DNA of 64,000 bases from Octopus vulgaris (taxonomy: Eukaryota). Position numbers and translations under genes: made by a program. The DNA lies in assembly GCA_951406725.2 (NCBI GenBank), contig OX597822.1, positions 58,032,001 to 58,096,000 on the forward strand, given 5' to 3'. Below the pieces are notes generated by a model, which saw only the letters and a list, made by a program, of their open reading frames with translations, ran no database searches and was not told where the DNA came from. This document shows, in pieces, positions 25,387-38,243 of the stretch; within the stretch, counting starts at the first letter, position 1; every line of letters begins with the position of its first letter.

Positions 25387-26839
25387 GTAAATAAGATTTC
25401 TCCTGTTATAGTTCTGTAATTATGGTGTGATATTATTTTAGGAAAATCGCAGTATTTTAAGTTTTACGCATTGAAGAATTTTTTTATTTCTTTATTTTAA
25501 TAATTATTTCATTTTATTCATGTTTAATTTTTCATTTTTGTTATTTAATTATAAAATATTAATTTGATATTGAAAATAATTACATATATTCATATGTACA
25601 TCGATGAATAAATGAATAAAAAGACAAAATTTATCGATTTCTTTTTAATATTCTATACACAAAAACTGATTTCTGATATAGGGGTTAAGGACCCGAAGGG
25701 CAGATGGAGAACTTTCGGCCTTTAAGTCACATGCGGACTTCTGAAGGGCTAAGTGCGATGTTCTGAAATAAATTCGTTCGAGGGAAAATAGTTATGCTGG
25801 AATATATTTTTATTGTATTATTTGTATTTAAAGCTTATCTTTACTATTAATTGTGGATTTTAGAAATGCACTTTTATGTTTTTTGATCTATGCTTGTAAT
25901 TGTTCAAAATCATTAAAAATGTGTTTAAAACAGAAATTTATAGGATTTTTGAAATAAAAATTTAAAAAAGGTTAGTGGTTATTCCGAAATTCTCTTTTCT
26001 TTTACACGTGAATGATTATATCTCATTAATTAAGACTTCACCATTAACTTTTTTTTTATATATATTTAAATATAGCCTGCTAACAAAAAAGTGACCACAC
26101 CTCTTTCTAGAAATTTCGCGAAGTTTCTAGACTACTTTCTTCTAAACTTACAAATATTTTCTAATTAAATGTTTGTGTGTGTGTATATATATATATATAA
26201 TATATTTATTGTATTTCGATATTTATATTTTACTAATAAGAAGCTGCAAGAGGTGAGCAATTTTGTCATATTGTATGTTTGAGAGAAAAAGAGTAAGAAT
26301 GACCGAGAATCGTGAAATTTGCATTGCTCACTTAATTTTTTCTATACTGGACTCAAAAAATTGGAACAATAAGGTTTTTTTACAAGCTTTGTTGCTCCAT
26401 TTTGCTGTGTCATTTTACACAAGTTAGTAACCTCTCCAGAGTTATATCTTGAAGTTATTTTCCACGAGTTGCAGAAGTCCGAAGAAAGAAAAAATACAAA
26501 ACAAATGACCAATTCAGTAACACGGTGGAGTGACAAAGTCTTTATAACATCGGACAAAAAGGTAAAAATACTCGTGGTATTCAGCTCTAAATCTTTACGT
26601 ACTGAGGGCAACTTTGACTTCTATCCTTCACAGTTTATAAAATAAGATACCATGTGTCTGAAATTTTAATAGAACCTCTTTAATGATTTCTTGTTGTCAG
26701 AAAAAAAGCGGGTCAAACGCTTTAGTTTGACCAAAAAAGCACGGTAAGATCTCGTATATATGTAATGTAGTAGGGCTGAGATTATCCAAGTAATTTGGGT
26801 ACTAGTATCGTAGAGTGCTTCTACCATAAACCCTATAAC

Positions 26840-26935
26840 GGCGAAGGTTAAAGAATACGCACTTGTGTTTAGGGGTTAAGGTTCGGGTTTTTGTTACGCC
26901 GAAAACGGGTTTTGAGCGTATTCTTTACCTCCGCT
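26840..26935. mobile_element. Tiny MITE with 8-9 bp TSD
   Basis: TIR ggcgaaggttaaagaatacgc / gcgtattctttacctccgct; flanks ccctataac / tcctataac; internal ttaggggttaagg. Confidence 0.75.
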
Positions 26936-29551
26936 TCCTATAACCACGAATTCGTTGATCTCATTCGCTTTTAACATTTTTATACACAGTTTTCTTCAGA
27001 TTTATTTTTGGTCGGTTTCATCGCAGCTGCAGTTTCTTAGCTCACTACACGAGGTCATAGAATATGAGGTTCATAGAAAACTTGTTGCTCGAGGGTTTTG
27101 ACTCGATACTTTTGTTGAAGGATTAAAAAGTGTCTCAAGGAACCAATTTCTCGTTGTTATCAACAAAATATGATATTCAACGACAAAAAGAAAAAAAAAT
27201 TGAAGATAATTCATTGAAGTTAATTAACTCAGATGCTATCCCTAAGTTAGTGTTAACATGTAGTGTGCATTAATTAGAAACACTTATGCGGAACACCAGT
27301 ATCTCTGCATGTCGTGTATAATAGAGGGATATCTATGTTATTGCACAAACTCTTTAAACTACTTTTATTTCGTATAAGTTTCTACACCGTAGATATTTGA
27401 TTTCAGTATTATAGTGTGTGGAATTATTTTAATCATTTTAAGAAGCACGGGAGACAACTCTGGATAAATTTGACCGCTTCAGTGAAATATAGACGTTATA
27501 GAGGTGTTGTTTTATTGCTAAGCATGTTAATTTCCACTCCTGTTATTTATATATCGTATATAAACATCTATTATACTGTTACATCGTTATTTCAGCATAT
27601 TCGGTGAAGCTACGCTTCGCAGAGGAGTCCAGTAATGTCGAAATGTCCAGAGTTGTCTCCCTCGTATTTGCTGAAATCTCTATATAACAATTAGCCGTAT
27701 AAATTTTAGTTGGGTGATTTCTGTAATTACTCTTGACCTCTAAATAGAATAGGAATGGTACAGAAAGCGTTAACGTAAGACGTGTGGGATGCGATTTGGT
27801 GGTAAGCAATGAGTAATGAACGTTCAGAAAGAGAAGCAGGGAGATAGACTGATAGAATAGTTTAAGAGAGTGAGAGGCATGAAAGCGTAAAAAAATATAG
27901 TAGAAATAAACGTTATAAAACAAAGTAGCGAATCCCCTAAAATTTTGGGCGGGTAATGAAAGCGCTTTAAACATTCCCTACGCAAATTTCTTTCCCACAC
28001 TTGTGTTCATAAATACTATATGGACGGTCCATTCATGCACATTAATCCTTGTTCTCAAATGCTTTATCATATGTGTGGAACTGTAACAGGCTCTGATTGA
28101 TAGTTAAAATTTTTTTCTTTTATAATAGCAATTATCGTCAATTTAACAATTAAGGCGGTTTAATTACATGCTAATTTTCTGAATCTGACTTGTTTTATGA
28201 ATCTGAATCTGATCTGTTCAGAGAAGTAAGTTGGCAGAATCGTTAAGAGCGTTGGAATAAATGTGGTATATCTGGATCTTTATGTTCTAAGTTCAAATCC
28301 CACCGAAATAATCTTTCCTTTTCATCCCACCGGGGTCGATAAAATAAAATACCAAAATATTTTAACATTGATATTTAGAAATTTGAAATACAAATACAAT
28401 TTTTGTCCATCTTTCTGGACAGTTAGCTATTAATATCTCTTGATTCCAGCATATTTTGTTGTATCTCTTTGTTTGTGCAGTAGTGGGGGGACCCTGGGTC
28501 AAGGGTTCCTGTGTTTTGAGGAGTACGGAACCATATTTTAGCCACTATGGTTCACAGATCTACTCTGACTCGGAGTAGTAGTACCTATCAGAAACCCAAC
28601 CATGGGTTAATTAACAAGTCAGTCGGGAAGATGGAGCGGTGCAATACATTTAGGAAAAGGCACACCCTGACTCCAAACCTCCGCTGCCTTGCCATAGGAA
28701 AGGCTTCGGAAGTATACCTGACGAAAAAAAAAAAGGTGTCGGAGCCCCTGAGACAGTTGTCCATAACCGCGTTCTGGTTACTCCCGCGACGATGCTGGAG
28801 CCAAAATGTAAAAACTGTGCTGTACTTTAGATCCATCAGTGACGTGGGTATGGGGGATACGCTGCATATGGGCAACAACCTGTCCTTCATACCATATTGT
28901 CCAGGCTTGGATCCTATCGAACCCTTTATACTAGAGAGATAGAACCTATAGCTTTGGTTTGTGCATCGGACAACGCTGTTCTAGTAGGGCGGACAACTAA
29001 GGCCTTCATTCATGGTCATTAATGACTGACAGAGGCCTTCTCTTCGTATCTCATGGATGCAGCCTGGCCGAACGAGTAAGAAGTTAGTTTCGTAATTACG
29101 CGTCCTTGGTTCGATCTCACTGTATGGCATCCTGGACAGGTGTCTTTTACCATTGCCTTGGTAGTGAAATTGTGCGGAAATGCGTTGGATGGATTGTAAT
29201 TGTGCAACCTGGTCACACACTGTCACGCTGATTCCGTGCTGGCATTTTCGTTAAGAGTGTCCACGTGTCTGTGTACTACTCAGCTGCTTACACATTAATT
29301 CAGTTGCTCGAACAATTGAATACTCATCATCGAAACCGACGGAGAACCATTTACTCATCCGGTGGCGACAAAACTTGCCTGTCGTTCGAACCATCAAGTG
29401 AACCTCTACATAGTCGCTTGACTTGCTAGAAATTTCAGTCAAACCTCTGTCTCTATTTGACTCGTCTAAGAAAAGTGCACATTGGATAATGTGATTATCA
29501 GGATGGCCACAACAGGAATGCCTTACTGTCCTTCAAAGTAACAGAGTCCCT

Positions 29552-29680
29552 CAGTTATGGGCAACTTGCGGCCCGCAGAACTTTCAGAATGCCCGCCTAA
29601 CGGAAAATTACCTTAAATTCTTTAGTAATGTGACTCGCCTGATGTGGCCCGCTTTTCGAAAAAGGTTGCCTATATCTACT
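29552..29680. mobile_element. hAT (Charlie-like) MITE relic
   Basis: cagttatgggcaac...gcggcccgc...tggcccgc...aaaggttgcctatatct. Confidence 0.55.
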
Positions 29681-30623
29681 CAATGCGATCATTCGATCTG
29701 CTAGAAAGCGCATCTTCCCATCTTATATAGACAGCATATTTAGATATTCTTGACATGCAAACATGGAATTGGCATGGCCGGAATGCTTTTGGCTGTAAGC
29801 CTATTCGACCAGTTTACTCGGAGGTTAAACAACAGCATAGTCTCCTGTCTGTATACTCCTTGTAAACATGGAGGTAGATTGCCTCATCACACGATTTCAT
29901 CATCATCAAAAATAGAAACACCAACAGGTCAATAAAAAGAAATATGGCGGAATAAACACTGCTAGGCTTAGATATTTTACATAAATTTCTGTATAAGGTA
30001 TGTATATTAATATAAATAGATGTTATATGTGAGAGACACCGAGGTATATAAGGTATGTACTTGCATATAGCTATAAAGAAGAGATATAGGGATATGAAGT
30101 GTTTATAATGATATGGATTTAGCTATTATAAGAAGATATTGAAATGTATAAAGCATGTATGTATTTATAAATCGATGTAGCTATAGATTAGCTATATGGG
30201 AAAGATATCTTTTGTTTCAGCCATTGGATTGTAACCATGCTGGGTTTTAGTCGAACAAATCTATCCCAGTATTTAGTTTTAAGACTGGTACTTATTGCAT
30301 CAGCTAAGTTACGGGGACGGTAACAAACCAATACCGGTTATCAAGCGGTGTGGAATAGGGGCAAATAGGCGCAAAGACACACTCACACCTACGTACACGA
30401 CGGGCTTGCACACAGTTCATGCCTAACAAATTCATTCATAGGGCATTAATTGGCCCAGAGCTATAGTAGAAAACACTCAAAATGGCGTGCAGTGGGACTG
30501 AACTCTACACCACGTGGTTGCAAAGTGAACTTCTTAACTACGCACCCATGCCTGACCAAAGCCATGTGAGAGGATTTGGGAGATAGAAACTGAAAGAAGC
30601 CCCTCGTCTGTGTGTGTGCTTTA

Positions 30624-30947
<324 letters not shown>

Positions 30948-33423
30948 GCATGTGTTTTTCCCCCACACCACCGTTTGACAACCAGTGTTGGTGTGTTTAC
31001 GTCCCCATAACTTAGCGGGTCGGCAAGAAACACCGATAGAATAAGTAACAGGCTTAACAAAAAGTAAGTACTTGGATCGATTAATTCGACCAAAGGTTCG
31101 AATGACTGAAACAAACACACACACACACAAAAGAAAAAATTCGATTGCTTTGAAATCTCTAGATTTAGATCTAAAAGAAAGCAGCAGGAAGTTTCATCAC
31201 ATATCCATATGAAAAGAAAAGATTCTCAGTTATTTTACATGTGCGTACATTTCTTTGCGTTGTTTACCGCAAATTCCTTGAAATTTCATCTCGGACAGTG
31301 TCGGATATTTCGGTTACCTAAATATGTGTTTGCTTATATCAAAAGTTGATTGTACTCTTAGTTTTGCGCCAGCCTAGGCTTTTCAATATATATATATATA
31401 TATACACATACACACACACACACACACACATTTACTTGTGGATTAATAAGGCTACCATTGGTTTCATTGAGAGGAATCTTCCAACAATGAATAAATCTGT
31501 CACATAGAACGTCAGTAATCGTCTCTCTTAGATGAGAATATAGGAAGCTACACAAGATTGCACGGGATTTCAGGATGGATATACAAAATGGGAGGTAACT
31601 TAAGGAAAAAAAAAATCATAATTGTTGTCTCCCTTGCATTAGACTCTATTCTCTCTACCACTCGTCTGGATATCATTAATATGGACTTTCAGTCACTCTG
31701 ACTCAAAGACACCTTCTTACCTCTTAATTCTTCTACTTCCGCTCTCAGAACTCGTTCACTTACAACCTGTCGAGGAGATCTACTTCATTTTATCCTCACT
31801 CAGAAGTCATATCTACCATTTAATACTCTCATTCGCCTACCGCACGAACACTGCTAGTACAGAAGCAGTACCAGAGATATCGCTTCTGAACTCCATACAA
31901 TATTTACTATCATCCTCATACACTTTCCTGACCAACATACAATCACTTGATCTATTCGTTGAATCATCCAACCATTGCTGGACAACAGCTATTACCTTAC
32001 GCATTTCGGACTCTATGACACTCAAACTCCAGTAAATGGTCGAGGCCTCGTCACTTTTTTGCTAACTATCTTTGACAACAAATGTACTTCACCTCTGACC
32101 CATCCAAGGCATCTAAAGTAACTGGTGTCTGTAACAAGGAATTTTATATCAGAGCAATAACCAGACCTGACACACATTTTATAAGTACATTCTTTGAAAT
32201 TCAAAACCAGACAGAATCTTAGTATTTCTATGATGAATTTAGCTTATATTTCTTTATTACACAATTACAGCTGTGTATCAGTTTGTCGAGATTGTTATCT
32301 TTCAGAAACAATTCTACAATTTATTTAAGCTTGATTGTTGAAAATATTACATGCGTGTGTGTACCACTGGCCGACATCGAAGAGTGGTGATCATCTCCTA
32401 GTAAAACGTTATGCCCAATAGCTGTCTCCCTTTAATCTTAACCGGATTACCCATATTGAATAACTCTGAAATCTCCTAAGGTTTTGCGGAATCTTTTGTG
32501 TGTATTGTCAATTATTACTTCTGGTTCAGTGTTAATGGTAATTTAACTAAAATAATAGCATCTTTTCGAAAATTCACAATTTATTGAAAGTCTTTAAATT
32601 TGGCACATTAATGTAGTTTTCCAAGCTGAATCTCTGGAGATATTCCACTTTTTCCAGAAAAGTTTAAAAAAGTTATAGAGGTTTAAAGTTTGATAATTTT
32701 CACCCAGTCATAAAACAGGATTTGGAAGCTATCATTTTGTGTGTGACTACATTTTGTCAACATCCTGAAAATAGCACGTGTTGTCAATATTCTGAAACTG
32801 TAAAGAAATGAATTACGCACGATATATAACCCCACATAACTTCTTTATTTCATTTTATTTATTTATTTTTTTGGAATTATCTGAAAAGTTTTGCGAAATT
32901 GTATTCTACACTTGGGAATTCATTCGATTATGCAAAAACCAAAGAAAAAAGAATGGGCGTGGTAGTGTGTGATTTAAGGCCTATTTGGCTATTATTTTTA
33001 GCACATCTCTTTACCAGGGTACAAGTAGTGGAACAGAGCATCGACGCACATGCTTTCACGTAGAATATAGTTGGGTCTGCTGAGTTAGAGCTGACTTGGA
33101 ACTAAACAAACAACTAACGACAGGCTCGTGTATGTGTCTATTGTATGTGAATATGCATATACTGTTGTCGCCCAATATGTTAGAAATAGTAACTACCGTC
33201 CTTGACAAATTTCGTTGTTAATAAGTTAACCCATAGGTGCAATATTTCGGTAAAAGTCTATGAGTGAGAGTATGACATGTTTCATCTGCTCGACAGAGGT
33301 AAACAGTCAAACACGTTCGCACCCACACTAACTCATGACTGATGTCATATATACTTATACCGAAACATTATCCCAAACAGGGAAAAAGAAATCATAACCG
33401 TCACTCGCAAGCGAGAATGAGCT

Positions 33424-33684
33424 GGTAATGCGGGTTAATATAAAGATCTTCACCCGGGAACAAAAAAAAAAAACCAGCCTGCTGGGTGTTAACAAGTATG
33501 TGGAAGACGAATATATAAAAAAAAATCGGATCTTGTGAATTTTTCGCCCCCCCCCCCGACCGTCAGCGCACGTTTTTCTTTTTCGTATTCGTTTTCTGCA
33601 TACTTGTTAACATCCAGCATGCTGGTTTATTATTATTTTTTTTGTTCCTGGGTGAAGATCTTTATATTAACCGTAATGCGTACC
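33424..33684. mobile_element. Foldback MITE with about 100-bp TIRs
   Basis: ggtaatgcgggttaatataaagatcttcacccgggaac... versus ...gttcctgggtgaagatctttatattaaccgtaatgcgtacc. No clear TSD. Confidence 0.75.
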
Positions 33685-33759
33685 ATATGTACCCTAAACT
33701 TTCTAAGTGTTTATGTAGCCACCAGCAAAGCAGACAGTACGCAGCCCCCCCCCCCCCCA

Positions 33760-34575
33760 TCCTCCACCAAATTTGGAAGTGGCCTAACGAATGGGACCTG
33801 TGTCTGAACATGTCAAAGTGCTGTCATCTGCCTGTTGGCTCTCCTCCTGCAACTCAACTTGATTTCGAGCCGGGTCGTCTGCTGCTAGAGAGGACCGATC
33901 AGGTAAAGGACCTGGGTATCTTGGTGGATTCCTCCTTTTCGCCTTCGGCCCAGTGCGTCCATGCTGCCAACAAAGCACGCGGAATTCTGTTCTTGATTCG
34001 GAATGCTCACAGCAGCCATATTCCTACCACTCTATGTCACGCTGGTGAGACCCATATTGGAGTACGGGATTCAAGCCTCTTCTCCTTATCTCCTCAAAGA
34101 CATACAGCATCTCGAAAGAGTCCAGAAGCTGGCTACCCGCATGGTTCATGGTCTCAAAAATTTGTCCTACGAAGAAAGGCTGAGGACGCTCGACCTTTAT
34201 TCTCTTGAAAAACACCGCCGCCGTGGTGATCTCATTCTCGCCCACAACATCATAAGCGGAAAGTGTAACCTCTCGAAAGAGCTGTTCTTCACTCCTGCTC
34301 CAGAGCGTCGGCTGCGGGGTCATTCCGAAAAGCTCTACCTGCGACGATTTCATCTCAATCGAAGGAGAGGAGCTTTCTCCGTCCGGGTTGCGGATCCGTG
34401 GAACAAGCTGCCAGACGAGATGGTGAAGATGCCGACGACCGCTTTGTTCAAAGCCTCCCTTGACCTCAAGTGGCCTGAACTCTTTACATGAACACCACCC
34501 TGTACTTAACTCCATGTCCCCCTACATGGCCTAGCTATTTGCTTTTGAGCCAAATTAACTAACTAACTAACTAAC
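33760..34575 (+). mobile_element. CR1-clade LINE 3' fragment
   Basis: KDLGILVDSSFS, LYVTLVRPILEY, LERVQKLATR, LSYEERL, RRRGDLI, FSVRVADPWNKLP; one frameshift; (TAAC)n tail. Confidence 0.93.
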
Positions 34576-37500
34576 CCAGTGGAAAATCGAAGAATTTCAT
34601 AGTTGAAGTGAATGAGAGAGAGGAATAATCAATCGCTGGGCTGGTACTACTTTTCAGCTGAGCTGGCTGGAAAAACATGAAATGAAGTGCCGTACTCAAA
34701 GACATGACGCGCTACCTTGTCCAGTAAATCGCTTGTAGCCGACACCCTAAACACTATGCCAGGTGTCTTCACAATCCGTAGAAATATCTAGTGGAAAATA
34801 TTTAAATAAAGGCAACAGATATATTCAACATAATACAATTTTCTAAAACATAGAAAAACAGACGAGACGGTCAGGTTTGGAACACGAGATAGTTATGGTC
34901 GAAACAATTTAAAACATTTGGATTGTCATAATTGGAACACTTGAAAAAGACGTCACGGATATAATGCCTTTGAAGAAATGCGGCATTTAAAAGGAGGCTT
35001 GTTTTTGTACATTTCTTTATTTTCATATGTCTCTGCATCCATGCACGCTCAAATATCATGCCCGGGAAATGTTTCTAATTTAGATACAGGGCCAGGAATT
35101 TTAAGAGGAGAGCATAAGCGATTGCTTAAAGCCTTGGTATTTGACTGTCGCTTTATTTCATTGACGTTGAACGATGGAAGGCAAAGGTGACTTTGGTAGG
35201 ATCTGAACTGAAAAAGTAAAAAAACTACAAGGTGGCTAAGGGTAAAGAGAAATGGTAACTGGAACTGCAAAGAAATACTGCAAACCGCTAAACATAGTAG
35301 GAGGGGAGACCCACTTTGAGATACATCAACAGTGCAAATTCTCGCAGCAGTCTTTGTGGGTGAGTGGTATGAACCACTTTCAGGGAAATAAGATCACCAG
35401 AAAGTTCAATACCTACTAAAGGTAACATTTCAAAACCAGCAGAGAACGCCAGAGTGTCATGACCTAAGTGGATCCTGCTCCCTTAGAGTGTCGGGAAATA
35501 ACAGACTGAAATACTTGTTTAATGGGAGTTCAGCCTCTGGTGATTTCTGCTGCTGTTCGTTCGGTCCATAACGCGTTTCCACTTAACGATGTAAAGGTCT
35601 GACAATGCAATACTTTTTTATGGATGAAGAGTTACCTCCCTTGTGCTAAAGTATGAGCGCCCGACATGTTAGAAATAGTAACCAAATATATTCTTAAATC
35701 ACCCCCTACTATTTTTAAAAGAGATGTATTGCCTGAATACTATTAAAGAAAGTGATAAAACAGATGGTCAGAGTTGGAACAACAACTTTTAATTAAACGG
35801 CAAACCGAATGACAGTAGTATGGGGAAAACCAAGAATTATAGGGATAGATAAATATAAAAAATTAGACAAACTTTAATTAAATGATGATCCATGCTATTG
35901 AACCTGCTGAGTGCAGACGATACTTGATGATAACTGAGATTTCCCTCCCTACTTTCTTAATTTATCGCTTTTTTTTTTTTTTTTTGTCATTTGTCAAGAT
36001 TAAAAAAAAAAAAAAAAGAGAGAGAACTTTTTTTCAGTTGCGTAAGAGTCAATATATGTATTTTATACGTGTATTGATGTTACTGAGACGAAGGGACCAG
36101 ATCTCTTTCAGATTAATCCTTAAAAAAGCGGGCAAGATATATTCTCTTATATCAGGAACAAAAGCTGGGGTAGTCGTGCTTAGCGTGTCTTTCATCATAG
36201 GTTTGCTGTATCAGAATCAGCTTGAATGCAAAGAACAACTCTTGAATAGAATAGAATGGACTGGAATTGAGTTGAATTTCGAAGTGAAATATTTCTTGAG
36301 ATTTATTGAATCTGGAATAGGAGTGTTTATTTTCATTGAGCTTTATTTAAATTCTTTTAGTTGGAGTTCAGGCTGGTTACTAACAGGACATTTTGAGTTA
36401 AGACAGTTCCTGCTGTTTGTAGATATGTGTGTGTGTAGTTTTATACGTTCTTTGTGAGCGTCTCTTTAATACTTGGGTATGTACACGATTATGTTTTTTG
36501 TAAATGCACACAACCAGGCCTGTGCATATAGTCATTCAGAGAATCTTTGGAATATCTTTTAAATATTTATTATGCCACTTATAGATTGGATTTGAAGGAT
36601 ACACGTCACTTTCTTTTGCATTTTCTTAGAAAAAACCCAACATTTTCAGGTTTTTGTGTGAATTTGTATTTATATAGCCTAACGCATGCAAAACTACTTC
36701 AAAATTACAATGTTTGAAAATATTCAGGTGAAAAGTCAAATGGTTAGAAATCTAACAAGAGCCCCAAGCCTTCAAAAAAGAATGTACTTGAGTAGATTAG
36801 CTCAACTAAACCCTTCAAGGTGGCAGTGCCCCAACATGGCTGCAGTCCAATGATTAAAACAAAAGATATATATATTTATATTATATGATCGAATGCCACA
36901 CATCCTTTTCCAAGTAAGTTTTATCTTAATAATTACGATGCGCACTCTTCTCTGTCTATCTCTCTCTTGTTCTTCATCCTTTCTGGTTTTCTCTCCCACC
37001 CTTCCCTATTCTTCTCTTCTCTCCTTCACTGTTCCCTCTCTCTTACTTCTCCTCCTCGACTCTCGTCGCTGACACGTGATCAGAGGGAAGCCATCTTTCC
37101 TATGCCTATGCCTAACTGTACTACTTCTGTCTAGAAAAATAAGGCATCATCCCTATATAGACCCCCTGTTACATCCGGAAAGGAAGACTGGATTAATGAA
37201 AGGATATATATCCCGACTAGGTCACTGGCCTCAGCAGAATCATGTGAGCCCATTGCTATATCAAATGCATTCTCCCTATCTAATCTACTCCATAATGTAC
37301 CATCAAAATCTAATAGAGTGGCTTGCATGGCATGTATAATATCTATTTCGCATCAGGACAAATTGGAATTTTTCATGCTAAAAATCAGGGCTTGATTAAG
37401 AATGATCAGGTTGACAGTGGCATAGTAGCTCTCTATAGTTTCAATTCTCCTTTGGCACACCTCCTATTCAAACATCAAAAGGAACAGTGACAAATGGATG

Positions 37501-37782
37501 TTTCACTTGATCTGTAGCCTTTTCAGTGCCATCGCAGTCACCTGGATTCTGTAAAGCTATTCTTCTATATGATGTACCCATTTTTCTAGCTTCTTGGCCT
37601 AAGAAACTCTAAAAGTAATTACCCGATTAATGACGGGTATTACTGCTAATATATAAAGGTATTAGTATCTAGAATATCCAAAGAGTGACTGGTAATGCTA
37701 AGTGCTATGGACAGACCGTAGTTAAACTCTTGGTTCGATAGTGATACGAGTGAGGAGTTTAATATATATGTAAGTATGTATA

Positions 37783-37838
<56 letters not shown>

Positions 37839-37844
37839 TACATA

Positions 37845-38243
37845 GGCGTAGGAGTGGCTGTGTGGTAAGTAGCTTGCTTACGAACCACATGGTTCCGGGT
37901 TCAGTCCCACTGTGTGGCACCTTAGGCAAGTGTCCTTTATAGCCTCGGGACAACCAAAGCTTTGTGAGTGGATTTGGTAGACGGAAACTGAAAGAAGCCC
38001 GTCCTTTATATGCATATATGTATGTGTGTGTATATGCTTGTGTGTTTGTGTTTACCCCCCCCCCCCACATCGCTTGACAACCGATGCGGGAGTGTTCACG
38101 TCCCCGTAACTTAGCGGTTCGGCAAAAGGGACCGATAGCATAAGTACTAGGCTTACAAAGAATAAGTCCCGGGGTCAATTTGTTCGACTAAAGGCGGTGC
38201 TCCAGCATGGCCACAGTCACATGACTGAAACAAGTAAAAGAGT
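37845..38243 (+). mobile_element. Family A CORE-type SINE, full length
   Basis: A box TGGCTGTGTGG, B box GGTTCAGTCCC, CORE-like tggcaccttaggcaagtgtc, central microsatellite, tail gactgaaacaagtaaaagag. Confidence 0.92.

Noticed and set aside
35882-36457. 191-aa hydrophobic ORF
   Set aside because: Includes poly-T and poly-A runs and no recognisable domain; more likely the antisense of a decayed element.
37845-37920. tRNA-like sequences with A/B boxes
   Set aside because: These are SINE heads continuing into CORE or Meta bodies; no complete cloverleaf.
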